A stretch of 64,000 nucleotides of DNA from Limisphaerales bacterium (GTDB taxonomy: Bacteria > Verrucomicrobiota > Verrucomicrobiia > Limisphaerales > JADLHS01). Shown here in pieces: positions 16,956-28,141 of this stretch. The notes beneath the pieces were generated by a model that searched no databases, had not been told where the DNA came from, and saw only the letters and a list, made by a program, of their open reading frames with translations. Location of the stretch: NCBI GenBank assembly GCA_044225555.1, contig JBGAIM010000004.1, positions 47,828 through 111,827 of the forward strand, read 5' to 3'. The first letter of the stretch is position 1; every line of letters begins with the position of its first letter. A program made the position numbers and the translations under genes.

Positions 16956-19724
16956 ATGCCGAACAATCGAGCCATTCTCCGGTCCCTTTTGGGATTGTTG
17001 CTTTCACTGCTGCCCCTGCCCTGCGCCACAGCGGCAGCCACTGCCCCCGAAATTGAAATCCCCTTCAAGAAGTTTGTTCTGACGAACGGACTGACCCTGA
17101 TCGTACATGAAGATCACAAGGCGCCGATCGTGGCGGTCAACCTCTGGTATCATGTCGGTTCGAAAAATGAAAAGCCGGGCAAGACCGGTTTCGCGCACTT
17201 GTTCGAGCACATGATGTTCACGGGCAGCGACCACTTCAAAGGCAACGGCGATCAAAGCGCGTTTTTTGGAGCCATGGAACGCATTGGCGCCACGGATTTG
17301 AACGGCACCACGAGCAACGACCGCACGGATTTCTTCGAGAACGTGCCGAAGAACGCCCTGGACGTGGCCTTGTGGATTGAATCGGACCGGATGGGCCATT
17401 TGCTCGGGTCCGTGGATCAAGCCCGATTGGATACCCAGCGCGGCGTCGTACAAAACGAAAAGCGTCAGGGCGAAAACGAACCCTATGGCGTGGTCGAAGA
17501 ATTGATCGTCAAGGGTACCGCGCCCGTGGGCCATCCCTATTCCTGGACCGTAATCGGTTCGATGGAGGACCTCGGCGCCGCCTCGCTCAGTGATGTGAAG
17601 GAGTGGTTCACCAACTACTATGGGGCGGCGAACACGGTGCTCGTGCTGGCCGGCGACATTGATGCCGACACCGCGCTGAAGAAAGTCGAGCATTACTTCG
17701 GCGAAATCCCGGCCGGGCCGCCGGTGGCCCGCTACCAGACCTGGATTCCTCAAATTCCGGGCACGCGCCGCGAGATCGTTTCCGACCGCGTTCCTCAGGC
17801 ACGGCTCTACAAGGTCTGGAACATTCCCCCCTACGGCGAGGCGGAGAATGTTTGCCTCGATCTGGTGAGCGATGTGTTGGCTTCGGGCAAATCGTCCCGG
17901 CTGTTCAAGCGCCTGGTTTACGATGAGCAGATTGCCACCGACGTCTCGGCCTCCATCAGCCCGAACGAAATCAGCGGCCAGTTCATGATCGTCGCCACCG
18001 CCAAACCCGGGGTGGATCTGGCGAAAATTGAAAAGGCGATTGACGAGGAAGTCGCGCGCTTCCTGGCCAAGGGCCCGACCTCGGCGGAATTACAACGGGC
18101 GCAGGCGGGCAAGATCGCGGGCTTTGTGCGCGGGGTGGAGCGAATTGGCGGCTTCGGCGGCAAGTCGGATGTCCTGGCAATGAATGAGACCTATCGCGGC
18201 GATCCTGGCTTCTACAAGACGCCGCTCAAGTACACCCGCGAGGCGACCGTTCGCGAGCTTCAACGCGCGGCGAAGCAATGGCTGACCGATGACGTGTACA
18301 TCCTCGAAGTCCACCCGTACGCGAATTACGAAACGACCCGCAGCACGGTGGACCGCTCGAAACTGCCCGGCCCCGGGCCGGACCCGGAGGTGAAGTTTCC
18401 GGCATTTCAGCGCGCCACCCTGGCCAATGGGTTGAAGGTCCTGCTCGTGGAGCGCCATGCCATCCCGCTGGTGCAATTCAACCTGCAATTGGACGCTGGC
18501 TATGCCGCCGACCAGTTCGCCATCCCCGGCACGGCCAAGTTGACCATGCAGATGCTGGATGAGGGCACCGCCAAGCGCACGTCGCTCCAGATCAGCGATG
18601 AACTGGCATCCCTCGGCGCAAATCTCGGTGCGGGCTCGAGCCTGGATGTCTCCAGCGTCAGCCTGTCCACCCTCACCTCCACCCTGGACCGCGCGCTCGA
18701 CATCTATGCGGACGTGATTTTGAATCCCGCATTTCCCCCATCGGATTTCCAGCGCCTGCAAAAACAACTGCTCGCCGGCATTCAACAGGAGAAAACCGAA
18801 CCCTTCGGGATCGCGCTGCGGGTATTTCCGAAACTCCTCTACGGTACCGGCCACGCCTATGGAAATCCACTGCGCGGCTCCGGGACCGAAGCCTCGGTCA
18901 GCAAACTTACCACCGCCGACCTCCGCAAGTTCCACGACGCCTGGTTCAAGCCAAACAATGCCACGCTCATCGTCGTGGGCGACACCACGCTCAAGCAGAT
19001 CCAGCCCAAGTTGGAAAAACTGTTTGCCGGGTGGAAATCTGGCACGGTGCCGATCAAAAACCTGGCCGCCGTCCCGCACCAGCCGAACCCATCCGTATAT
19101 CTGATCGACCGTCCGGGTGCCATCCAATCGGTCATTCTCGCGGGCCATGTCGGGCTGCCGAAATCCGACCCGGACAACATCGCCGTCGAAACGATGAACA
19201 CCATTCTGGGCGGCACCTTCACCTCTCGCGTAAACATGAATCTGCGTGAGGACAAGCACTGGGCGTACGGAGCGGGGACGGTCCCGCTGGCGGCAAAGGG
19301 GCAGGGCCCGTTCGTGGCCTATGCGCCGGTTCAAACCGACAAGACAAAAGAATCCATGATCGAGATGGACAAGGAACTGCGCGGGATTCTGGGTCCGCGC
19401 CCGATCACCCAGGAAGAACTTGGTACTGCGCAGAAAAATCAGACGCTCAGTCTGCCCGGCCAGTGGGAAACCATCGGCGCCGTGGAAGGCTCGCTGGGTG
19501 AAATCGTGACGTTTGGCCTGCCGGAGAATTACTTCACGACCTATCCGGACCAAGTCCGCGCGCTCACCGTGAACGACCTGACGAAAGCCGCCCAAAAAGC
19601 GGTGCATCCGGACCAGTTGGTCTGGGTTGTGGTCGGCGACCGCTCCAAGATCGAAGCGCCCATCCGTGAACTCGGGTGGGGCGAAATCAAATCGCTCGAC
19701 GGGGACGGAAATGTCGTGAAGTAA
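16956..19724 (+). CDS. M16 (pitrilysin/insulinase) family zinc peptidase, fused double module
   Basis: Signal peptide, the inverted zinc motif HLFEHMMF (HxxEH), and two M16 + M16_C halves in 922 aa. Confidence 0.85.
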   Translation: MPNNRAILRSLLGLLLSLLPLPCATAAATAPEIEIPFKKFVLTNGLTLIVHEDHKAPIVAVNLWYHVGSKNEKPGKTGFAHLFEHMMFTGSDHFKGNGDQSAFFGAMERIGATDLNGTTSNDRTDFFENVPKNALDVALWIESDRMGHLLGSVDQARLDTQRGVVQNEKRQGENEPYGVVEELIVKGTAPVGHPYSWTVIGSMEDLGAASLSDVKEWFTNYYGAANTVLVLAGDIDADTALKKVEHYFGEIPAGPPVARYQTWIPQIPGTRREIVSDRVPQARLYKVWNIPPYGEAENVCLDLVSDVLASGKSSRLFKRLVYDEQIATDVSASISPNEISGQFMIVATAKPGVDLAKIEKAIDEEVARFLAKGPTSAELQRAQAGKIAGFVRGVERIGGFGGKSDVLAMNETYRGDPGFYKTPLKYTREATVRELQRAAKQWLTDDVYILEVHPYANYETTRSTVDRSKLPGPGPDPEVKFPAFQRATLANGLKVLLVERHAIPLVQFNLQLDAGYAADQFAIPGTAKLTMQMLDEGTAKRTSLQISDELASLGANLGAGSSLDVSSVSLSTLTSTLDRALDIYADVILNPAFPPSDFQRLQKQLLAGIQQEKTEPFGIALRVFPKLLYGTGHAYGNPLRGSGTEASVSKLTTADLRKFHDAWFKPNNATLIVVGDTTLKQIQPKLEKLFAGWKSGTVPIKNLAAVPHQPNPSVYLIDRPGAIQSVILAGHVGLPKSDPDNIAVETMNTILGGTFTSRVNMNLREDKHWAYGAGTVPLAAKGQGPFVAYAPVQTDKTKESMIEMDKELRGILGPRPITQEELGTAQKNQTLSLPGQWETIGAVEGSLGEIVTFGLPENYFTTYPDQVRALTVNDLTKAAQKAVHPDQLVWVVVGDRSKIEAPIRELGWGEIKSLDGDGNVVK

Positions 19725-19754
19725 TTTGCCTCGGCGGACGCGCGGCCTTGGGGG

Positions 19755-22700
19755 CTACAGCACGTCGGCCCTTTTCTCGCCGGCGCGCACGCCGAGATTG
19801 CCATAGCGATGGTAGTCCGTGCTGATGCTCTGCTCGTGGACATACCACAATAGTTCCAACCGGCCCTCGGCCGACACCGGAACGCCGGGGGCACAGATAT
19901 TCGCCTCGTGCGCCGCCTGCAACACGGCACCCGGCGCGCGATCCGCCGCCGCATAACGCACGCGATCCACCTGGTGTTCACGGATTGCCACCGCCAGTTG
20001 CTCGTCGCTTTCCTCGAGGAACTCGATGTCACCGGCCCACGATTCGGTCAGTTGTTCCAGCAACGCCACCGCGGAAATTGCCGCGCCCGGCGGGGCACTC
20101 ACGGTTACCCGACTGCCGGCCACATGCGCGGCGCAGACCCGGGCAAACAATTCAAACGGCGTGTCCTGGGGATGAACCCGGATGCGGACATTCTCGCACG
20201 CCAGATAACGCCGCACGTTGTCCTGACCGACGAGCCGGAAATGGTCGTGCTCCCGTCCGAACTCATCCCGGTGAGCGGCCTCGTAACTCGCCGCCGCGGC
20301 GGCGATGCGGTCGGCATCGGGATGTTGCCGCGCGCGAAGTCCGGCGCACAAAGCGTTGAGGGTTGGCCGTTCCAGGTCGCCAACCGCCTTGGTCGGCGCG
20401 CGGTCGCTGAAGTCCATGAACTGCGCCACATAGTTGGGCCCGCCCGCCTTCATGCCCGGTCCAAACACCGACTTGCCCAAGCCACCGAACGGCTGCCGCA
20501 AAACAATCGCGCCCGTCGTCACCCGGTTGATGTACAGATTGCCGGCGCGGATGTGGTGTTTCCAAAAATCCCATTCGCGCTCATCCAGGCTCTCCAAACC
20601 ACTCGTCAGACCGAACCCCGTCTGATTGACCAACGCCACGGCTTCGCTCAGTTGTTCAAAGCGCATCACCGCAAGCACCGGGCCGAAGAATTCGGTCAGA
20701 TGCGTAAAGCTTCCGGGTCGCACGCCGTACTTGATTCCCGGAGTCCAGAGATTCGGATTGCCCGCCAGGGGCTGCGGCATCAACGCCCATTCCTCGCCGG
20801 GCTCCAACACTTTGAGCGCGGTTTCCAGATCACCGCTCGGCGGGCGGATCAGCGGGCCGATCTTGGTGCTCAGGTCCCACGCCGGGCCGACCTGGGCGCT
20901 TTGCACCGCTTCGCACAGCGCGCGACGAAAGGCCGGGTCATCATAAACCTCATCCTGCAACAACAGCAGCGACGTGGCCGAACACTTCTGTCCCGCATGG
21001 CTGAAGGCCGAATGCAAAATGTGTTTGATGGCCTGGTCGCGGTCGGAAACGGCCGTGACAATCGTGGCATCCTTGCCACCCGTCTCGGCAAAAAGATTCA
21101 GGCGCGGATTGTCGCGCAACATCGTCAGGGCGGTTTCGGTCCCGCCGGTAAGAATCACCGCCTGGACCTGCGGATGATTGACCAGCTTGCGCCCTTCCTG
21201 GCCGCCCGCGCACGGAACGAATTGCAGCACCTTCCTGGAAACGCCCGCCCGCCAGAAGCACTGGCAGAATTCCCACGCCACCAGCACGGTGTCCGACGCC
21301 GGTTTGAGGATCACGGTGTTGCCCGCGGCCAGCGCGGCGGCCACGCCACCCACCGGAATGGCGATGGGAAAATTCCAGGGCGAAACCACCACCACCACGC
21401 CTTTGCCACTGGCCTGGAGCGTTGGCAACTCCTGCCACCAGCGCGCGCTGTCACGGTAGAACTCAAGAAAGTCTATCGCCTCGGAAACTTCCGGGTCGGA
21501 CTCCGGCAACGTCTTGCCGCCGTCGGCCAACGCCGCTCCCATGAGATTACCGCGGGCCTGGCGAAGTTCGTTGGCCACCCGGCCCAGGATTTCAAACCGG
21601 GCGCGGGGTGTAAGTTTTCGCCAGCCATCGGAATCGGCGGCGGCACACTCCGCGGCCCGCGCAATGTCCGCCTCGTTGGCTTGCCGGAACCGGCCGACCA
21701 CCACGCCGGGCCGCGAGGGGTCGCGGCACTCGCGCACCGCGCGGCCCTCGAGAATTTCCGCGCCGGCGATCACCAGTGGAATCTGCGTCGCGCGTTCGTC
21801 ACACAACGGCTGCCACTTTGCGATGATTTCCTGGGCCCATTCGCCATTCTGCGGCAGGGCGAAATCCGTGTCCGGCTCGTTTACGAACTGCTGCCAGCCG
21901 CCGGCCACCGCCGAGGTTGCCTTCGCGGGCACGGGTAACCGTCGGTCCTGCGTCCGTCTCGGCAGGTCGCTGGTGGTGGCCACCGCGTCAAAGGCTGCGA
22001 GAAATCCCCGCTCCAATTGCTGCCATTCGTCACTGCCGACTTTGATCTTGAAGGCATGGCGCAGGAAATTTTCCGGCCCGGTGTTCTCGTCCAGCCGGCG
22101 AATGAGATAACCGATGGCGTTGATGAAGTTCTCCTTTTTGCAGGCCGGGGCGTAAAGCAGCAGGTTGCGCGAAAGCTCGAACAACGCACGGCGCTGGTTG
22201 TTGGCCATGCCTTCGAGCATTTCAAACTGCACCCGCTCCAGCGCCCGGGCTTCGTGCGCCAGCACCAGACCATAGGCGAGATCGAAGAGATTGTGCGATG
22301 CCACCCCCACGTCCATGGCCGCGAGATTTTCGGGTTTCATCACCTCGTGCACCATGCGCTTGTAGTTCGCATCGGTTTCAAGTTTGGTTTGGTAGGGCGC
22401 CTGGGGCCAGCCGCGCAGCGACGCTTCGGCGCGTTCCATCTCCATGTTCGCGCCCTTGACCAGCCGGATCGTGATGCGGCCCCCGCCCGCCTCCACGCGC
22501 CGACGCGCCCAGCCCTGCAACTCCCGCAGCGTGCGGAAGCTGTCGGGGATGTAGCTTTGCAGGGCGATGCCGGCGCGCACCTGTTGAAGTCCCGCGCGAT
22601 CCAGCGTGCGCCTGAAGGCCGCCGCCGTCAGTTCCTTGTCGCGGTATTCCTCCATGTCGAGATACACGAACTTGGGCACGACCTCGCCGTTGGGCCGGGT

Positions 22701-23399
22701 AAAGCGGGCGCGATCCGCCGTCCGGAACAAACGTTCCAGCCGGTCGCACAGCGTGGCGACCGTGTGCTCGCGGGCCAGCGGCGAAATCTGCGAATCGAGC
22801 GTCGAGATCTTGATGGAGACCACCTCGGTCTCCGGCCATTGCAGGCCGGTCAGATACTGTTGCAAGCGCCGCTCGGATTCCGCTTCGCTGAGGATCGCCT
22901 CGCCGAGAAAATTCACATTCATGCGCACGCCTTCGCGAGTCCGCTCGCCCAGATGGTGCGTGAGCATTTCCTTTTCGCCCGGCAGGATGACGTTGGCGGT
23001 CTCCTTCTGCATGTGCTGCTTGACCAGCGGCAACGCCACACCCGGCGCGTAGCCGCCGAAGGATTGGAAGCCCTTCATCAACGTGCGGTCCAGCGGACCG
23101 AAGAAACGCGGCACCCCCTGCACATCGAGAATGTGGATGAGATGCTCGACCGCGCGATGCGGATTGTTCGTGCGAAACGCCTGATCCGTCATTTGCGCAA
23201 GCGTGGCTTTGTCGGAAGGCGTCTGGAGCATCCGGTCCAGTTCCGCCTGCTGGCGTTTTTCCGGGGGCGTCTGCAATTCCGTGGCGCGCTCCTGCAAACG
23301 GCGGGCCAGGAAGAGCGCCTTCTGCACGGCGACCGGGCGTGGCGATTGCGCATCGGCCCGAAAGCCGGCCAGCAATGTTTCGAGATCGAGAGTAGCCAT
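19755..23399 (-). CDS. putA: bifunctional proline dehydrogenase / L-glutamate gamma-semialdehyde dehydrogenase
   Basis: ORF 19755..23567 trimmed to ATG 23399 (MATLDLETLL). N-terminal PRODH barrel followed by an ALDH domain (FPIAIP, ETGGKD, HAGQKCSA). Confidence 0.9.
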   Translation of the reverse strand: MATLDLETLLAGFRADAQSPRPVAVQKALFLARRLQERATELQTPPEKRQQAELDRMLQTPSDKATLAQMTDQAFRTNNPHRAVEHLIHILDVQGVPRFFGPLDRTLMKGFQSFGGYAPGVALPLVKQHMQKETANVILPGEKEMLTHHLGERTREGVRMNVNFLGEAILSEAESERRLQQYLTGLQWPETEVVSIKISTLDSQISPLAREHTVATLCDRLERLFRTADRARFTRPNGEVVPKFVYLDMEEYRDKELTAAAFRRTLDRAGLQQVRAGIALQSYIPDSFRTLRELQGWARRRVEAGGGRITIRLVKGANMEMERAEASLRGWPQAPYQTKLETDANYKRMVHEVMKPENLAAMDVGVASHNLFDLAYGLVLAHEARALERVQFEMLEGMANNQRRALFELSRNLLLYAPACKKENFINAIGYLIRRLDENTGPENFLRHAFKIKVGSDEWQQLERGFLAAFDAVATTSDLPRRTQDRRLPVPAKATSAVAGGWQQFVNEPDTDFALPQNGEWAQEIIAKWQPLCDERATQIPLVIAGAEILEGRAVRECRDPSRPGVVVGRFRQANEADIARAAECAAADSDGWRKLTPRARFEILGRVANELRQARGNLMGAALADGGKTLPESDPEVSEAIDFLEFYRDSARWWQELPTLQASGKGVVVVVSPWNFPIAIPVGGVAAALAAGNTVILKPASDTVLVAWEFCQCFWRAGVSRKVLQFVPCAGGQEGRKLVNHPQVQAVILTGGTETALTMLRDNPRLNLFAETGGKDATIVTAVSDRDQAIKHILHSAFSHAGQKCSATSLLLLQDEVYDDPAFRRALCEAVQSAQVGPAWDLSTKIGPLIRPPSGDLETALKVLEPGEEWALMPQPLAGNPNLWTPGIKYGVRPGSFTHLTEFFGPVLAVMRFEQLSEAVALVNQTGFGLTSGLESLDEREWDFWKHHIRAGNLYINRVTTGAIVLRQPFGGLGKSVFGPGMKAGGPNYVAQFMDFSDRAPTKAVGDLERPTLNALCAGLRARQHPDADRIAAAAASYEAAHRDEFGREHDHFRLVGQDNVRRYLACENVRIRVHPQDTPFELFARVCAAHVAGSRVTVSAPPGAAISAVALLEQLTESWAGDIEFLEESDEQLAVAIREHQVDRVRYAAADRAPGAVLQAAHEANICAPGVPVSAEGRLELLWYVHEQSISTDYHRYGNLGVRAGEKRADVL

Positions 23400-23727
23400 G
23401 GCGGTTTTAGAATCAGTTTTTTGGCGGCATTTGGCAACGGCGGGCTTGGCGCGCCGGCTGAACGGACAATCTGAATCCCCGCAGGTCCAGCCAACGGACT
23501 GGGTTCTCGTCCGCCAGTACTCTCGCGGCCTGCGTGGAACTCGTGACGACCGGGCAACCCTATCCAACGCGGGCGCGGTTGGGCATCACACATTCGGGGG
23601 GAGTTGAGATTTCCTGCTCCTCACTGCACATCCAGGCCAAGGGCGTCGCCTTCGGTGGTCACCTGGAGCGAACGGATTATCGCGCGCGCAGTCGGCGACT
23701 GGCATCGCTTCACAAGCCGGCGGCAAG

Positions 23728-24861
23728 TCAGCAGTTACCTCGGCCTGTACGCAACTTGAGGCGGAGAATCTCGCCCGGTCGCCACAGGCGCATCGGGGGG
23801 CCCCACGTGCCGGCGCCGCGGCTGACAATCAGCGTCATCCCGGCTACTTCGTAGCGGCCCACCAGGAAAGGATACTTGATCCGCACCAGGAAATTGAAGG
23901 GCCAGAGTTGCCCGGCATGCGTGTGGCCCGAGAGCATGAGGCCCGCGCCCGCGGCGGCGGCGGGTTGCACGGCGAGGGGTGAATGCGAAAGCAGGATCGT
24001 GGCGCCGGCCGGCCGGTCGGCCAGGGCTTTGGCCACCGCCGCTTCGCCGGGTCCGAATTGTTCGCGCGCAGTGAGATCGTCCACGCCCGCAAGGATCAGA
24101 CCCGGGGCCGCTTCCGCCCAGCGGTCACGCAGCAGCTGGTAACCGGCGGCTTCAAGCAATCGCACGCTCGGTTCGAGCCCCGCGTAATCCTCGTGATTCC
24201 CTGTAACGGCCCACACCCCGAGAGGCGCGCGCAGTTGCCGGAGCCCGGGTAACAACGTCTCCACGTGGCGCACGTTTCCATCTATGAGGTCGCCAACAAT
24301 CACCACCAGATCCGGCTTCAGTCCATGGATGCGGCCAAGGAGATTGGTCAGCCAGCGCGCTCCCTTCAGCGTGCCCAGGTGCAGATCAGAAACAGCCACC
24401 AGCGTGGTGCCGTCGCGTTCCGGCGGCAAACTGGCCAGCTGGACTTCGTAATCCCGCACGACGGGCGCACGCGCTCCCTGCACGATGCCGATGAGCGCAA
24501 GAATTCCCGCGACAACGACCGCCGCGCCCCGCAAAGGCGGCGCGACTTCCGGGAACAGCCATCCGCCCAACGTCACCAAATCCACGACCAGCAGCGCGGC
24601 GAGCATCAGGAACAAAGCCCCCATCCAAACGGCCGCCGCAAACTCCAGCGGCGCGCCGACAACCTCCAGCTTACGGGCATTCAGCGTCCGTGCCAGCGGG
24701 TAGCTCAGTCCCAACCCGAGGGCGACGAAGACCAGACTCCCGTGCGAGGAGTGGGCGGCCATCCACGGAATCGTGCCCAGCCGCCAGAATACGTACCAGT
24801 GCATCAGTGCCCACACGGTCAGCACGAGCGTGATAAAGCTGGCAAACCGACCGCCGTTCAT
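23728..24861 (-). CDS. membrane-anchored metallophosphoesterase
   Basis: ATG 24861 precedes several TM helices. Calcineurin-like motifs DLHLG, GDLIDG, GNHE and GHTHAG. Confidence 0.8.
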   Translation of the reverse strand: MNGGRFASFITLVLTVWALMHWYVFWRLGTIPWMAAHSSHGSLVFVALGLGLSYPLARTLNARKLEVVGAPLEFAAAVWMGALFLMLAALLVVDLVTLGGWLFPEVAPPLRGAAVVVAGILALIGIVQGARAPVVRDYEVQLASLPPERDGTTLVAVSDLHLGTLKGARWLTNLLGRIHGLKPDLVVIVGDLIDGNVRHVETLLPGLRQLRAPLGVWAVTGNHEDYAGLEPSVRLLEAAGYQLLRDRWAEAAPGLILAGVDDLTAREQFGPGEAAVAKALADRPAGATILLSHSPLAVQPAAAAGAGLMLSGHTHAGQLWPFNFLVRIKYPFLVGRYEVAGMTLIVSRGAGTWGPPMRLWRPGEILRLKLRTGRGNC

Positions 24862-25103
24862 CCCGGGTGGCTCCGGTTCATGCCGACCGCGCTGTCGCCA
24901 GCCCGGCGGAGAAACTGCGGACGAACGCCGGGGACAGCCCAGCGACGCCAGCGTGAGAGGATTTCGAGTTCCGGCTCCATACTTTGGTGCAATCGGCGGC
25001 GCAGTTTCGACCTTCCGTCTCCAACTGGCAACTCCCAACGAGTTGCCCAAACCCAGTCTCGATCTCTGAGTTTCACCCTTGTAGAATTTCACTGCCGATA
25101 GCG

Positions 25104-26423
25104 ATGTCTGCCAAACCGATTCCCCCGCCCGCCCAGGTCGCAAGTGTCCCGCAAGAGGTCACTGGTCAATCGCGGCGCGTCGTGGTGGGCAGCGTGACGT
25201 GGCGCGATACGTTCGCCGCCCTCAAGCATCGCAATTTCCGGTTGTTCTTTGTCGGTCAACTCGTGTCGCTCACCGGCTCGTGGTTGCAAAACACGGCGCA
25301 GGGCTGGTTGGTGTATCAACTGACCGGCTCGAAGGTTCTGCTCGGCACCGTGGCGGCCGTCGGTTCGCTGCCGATGCTGCTCCTCGCCGTCTGGGGCGGC
25401 TCCGTGGCGGACCGGCATTCCAAGCGCACCGTGATTTTCTTCACGCAGACCATGATGATGATCACGGCGTTCGTATTCGCGGCGCTGGTGGGGAGCGGGC
25501 ACATCCAGCCGTGGCACATTCTCGTACTGGCGGCCTCGGGCGGCGTGGCCATGGCGTTTGACATGCCCGCCCGCCAGGCATTCATGGTGGAGATGACGAG
25601 CCGCGAAGACCTGATGAACGCGGTGTCGCTGAACAGTTCCATTGTCAATGGCGCCCGGGTGATCGGCCCGGCCATCGCCGGCTTCCTGATGACGCAGGTG
25701 GGCATGACCTGGTGTTTTCTTTTGAATGGCGTAAGCTTCATCGCCGTCATCGCCGGTTTGTTGATGATGCGCCTGCCCCGCTTTGTTCCACCGCCGGAAC
25801 CTCACTCCACCGGACGGCACGTGCTCGAGGGCTTTGCTTACGTGGCGAAACACCGCCGGTTGCGCACCCTGCTCCTGCTCTTCGGCGTGGTGGGCATCTT
25901 TGGGTGGTCGTACTCGGTGCTACTGCCGGCGTACGCAACGGACATTCTGCATCTGGGCGAGGGTGGTTACAGCGCATTGCTCAGTGCCAACGGCTTTGGC
26001 GCGCTTCTCGGAGCGCTGACGGTAGCCACGTATGGCAACCGGGTGCGGCCGCGCCTGATGATCTTTGGCGGCCTGTGGTTGTTCTCCGCGATGCTGCTGA
26101 TGCTGGCCTTTGTGCGGTGGTTTCCGCTCGTGCTCGGGTGCCTCGCGCTGGGTGGCTGGGGAATGCTGCTGTATTTCTCGACGACGAACACGCTCATTCA
26201 AACCAGCGTGTCCGACGCGATGCGCGGGCGGGTGATGGGTATCTGGGCGTTGGTCTTCGGCGGCATGATGCCGGTGGGCGGCATCGAATCCGGCTTTTTG
26301 TCGCACGCCGTGGGAGTCCCCTGGACAATCGCCACCGGGGCGCTGGTTTGCGCTGTCGCCGGGCTGGTGACGTGGTGGACGGTGCGGCGGAATCTCACGC
26401 CACCCGTCGAATCGCACTCTTGA
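25104..26423 (+). CDS. MFS transporter (MFS_3 / EntS-like)
   Basis: ATG 25104. About 12 predicted TM helices and the GSVADRHSKR loop motif. Confidence 0.8.
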   Translation: MSAKPIPPPAQVASVPQEVTGQSRRVVVGSVTWRDTFAALKHRNFRLFFVGQLVSLTGSWLQNTAQGWLVYQLTGSKVLLGTVAAVGSLPMLLLAVWGGSVADRHSKRTVIFFTQTMMMITAFVFAALVGSGHIQPWHILVLAASGGVAMAFDMPARQAFMVEMTSREDLMNAVSLNSSIVNGARVIGPAIAGFLMTQVGMTWCFLLNGVSFIAVIAGLLMMRLPRFVPPPEPHSTGRHVLEGFAYVAKHRRLRTLLLLFGVVGIFGWSYSVLLPAYATDILHLGEGGYSALLSANGFGALLGALTVATYGNRVRPRLMIFGGLWLFSAMLLMLAFVRWFPLVLGCLALGGWGMLLYFSTTNTLIQTSVSDAMRGRVMGIWALVFGGMMPVGGIESGFLSHAVGVPWTIATGALVCAVAGLVTWWTVRRNLTPPVESHS

Positions 26424-26579
26424 GCCTTCTTGCGGAGGTGTCCCCGCTTCACCACCACCTCGACCATGACCATGCCGGTTGGAAACACAGGTGCTTGCGT
26501 ATTCTGGAGCAACAACCGTAAGATCGGTTCCAGCAGGGCCGGCAGCGGCCGCAACCAATCGCGTCAGGTGGGTTTAACC

Positions 26580-28094
26580 ATGTCAATCCAAGCCGGCTTC
26601 CAGTTCTCCGGTGTGCTCACACCGCCGTCCAGGGTCAGGAAGTCTCGTTGCCTATTATGGCTTGCCCTGCTTTTGGGATCGTGGTTTGGCCCGGCGGCGC
26701 TTGCCAGCACGAACAAGCCGCTAATTGCTCATTACATGCCGTGGTACGTCGCCCGGCACTACAGTGGGAGTTGGGGATGGCACTGGACGATGAACCACTA
26801 TAACCCGGACACCTTCAACGGCGCCGGCCAGCGCAACGTCGCCTCCTGGTACTACCCGCTCATCGGCCCGTACGACTCGGCGGATCCGGTCGTGCTGGAG
26901 TATCATGTGCTCCTGATGAAGCTGGGCGGCCTTGACGGTGTGGTCGCGGACTGGTACGGCCAGGAAAATTATCTCGATTACGGCACCATCAACCAGCGCA
27001 CGCTTGCGTTGCTGGACTACACGCGCCGGGCCGGATTGAAATTCGCCCTCTGCTACGAAGACCGGACTGTTCAGCAAAAAATTTCCGACGGTTACCTCTA
27101 CGCCAGCAACGCCGTCGCTAATGCGCAGCAAACGATGCTGTATGCCCAAACCAATTATTTCAGCGCGGCGAACTATCTCCAATTCAGCAACCGTCCGGTG
27201 CTGCTGAACTTCGGTCCGATCTATTTCAAAAACAACTCGCAGTGGGCGAGTATTTTTTCCGTGCTCGCTGCCAGCAACCAGCCGGCGTTCTTCACCGAGG
27301 ACATCCGCTATCCGGCCGGCTTCGGAGCGTTCAACTGGCCGCCCATGTACCTGAGTCAGCAAAATGGCGGCGTGCTCACCCCGGCCGCGCTGGAAAACTA
27401 TTTGAGCAATTTCCAGAACACCGCCGCGTCGTGGCCGGCTTTTGTCAGCAGCGCCTTCCCGCGCTTCCGCGATATTTATCAGCAGGCCGGACTGGGCTAC
27501 ACCTATGGCACGCTGGAGGACGATGGCGGGCAGACCTTTCGCTCCACGCTGACCCGGGCATTGACCAATAACTCGGCCATGATCCAACTCGTCACTTGGA
27601 ACGACTATGGCGAGGGCACCATCATCGAACCGACGGTCGAATATGGTTACCGCGATCTCGGCGTGATCCAGGATTTCCGGCGGCAGTATCTCGATCCCGG
27701 CTTTACCGCTCAGACCAACGACCTGGCATTGCCGTTGCGCCTCTACAACCTGCGCCGGCAATACGCCGGGAATTCGATTGTCGCGGGCGAATTGAACCGC
27801 GCCTTCACGAACATCGTGGCGGGCAACCTCGCGGTGGCTCATTTGCAACTGGCCGGCCTCGAAGCGCGGCAGCCGGTCATTTACAACGTCGCCCTGGCCA
27901 ATACCAATCTCCAATTCTCCATCGGCGGTTATGTTTCGCCCAACGGCGCGGAGGTCCAGACCACTTCAAACCTCGCCGCGGCCTGGCAAACCGGTAGCGT
28001 ATTGACCGTGGGCACCAACGCCCTCCAGTTTTCCACCCCGGTCAACCCTCAAGGCCCGCCCGCGTTCTACAAAGTCCGGACCACCCAACCGTGA
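26580..28094 (+). CDS. secreted glycoside-hydrolase-like protein (GH99/GH71-like TIM barrel plus C-terminal beta domain)
   Basis: ATG 26580 plus signal peptide. AHYMPWY, GPYDSADPVVLEYHVLLMKLGGLDGVVADWYG and TWNDYGEGTIIEP motifs. Exact family is uncertain. Confidence 0.6.
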   Translation: MSIQAGFQFSGVLTPPSRVRKSRCLLWLALLLGSWFGPAALASTNKPLIAHYMPWYVARHYSGSWGWHWTMNHYNPDTFNGAGQRNVASWYYPLIGPYDSADPVVLEYHVLLMKLGGLDGVVADWYGQENYLDYGTINQRTLALLDYTRRAGLKFALCYEDRTVQQKISDGYLYASNAVANAQQTMLYAQTNYFSAANYLQFSNRPVLLNFGPIYFKNNSQWASIFSVLAASNQPAFFTEDIRYPAGFGAFNWPPMYLSQQNGGVLTPAALENYLSNFQNTAASWPAFVSSAFPRFRDIYQQAGLGYTYGTLEDDGGQTFRSTLTRALTNNSAMIQLVTWNDYGEGTIIEPTVEYGYRDLGVIQDFRRQYLDPGFTAQTNDLALPLRLYNLRRQYAGNSIVAGELNRAFTNIVAGNLAVAHLQLAGLEARQPVIYNVALANTNLQFSIGGYVSPNGAEVQTTSNLAAAWQTGSVLTVGTNALQFSTPVNPQGPPAFYKVRTTQP

Positions 28095-28141
28095 CCGCGC
28101 GCACTGCGCCCGGGCGACCGCCGAAGTGCGACCATCCGCGG

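Noticed and set aside
23400-23727. The 328-bp gap upstream of putA, as a possible riboswitch or sRNA.
   Set aside because: Apart from small hairpins I could not recognise any conserved riboswitch core or terminator. It is most simply the putA promoter and 5' UTR. Only an Rfam scan could change this.
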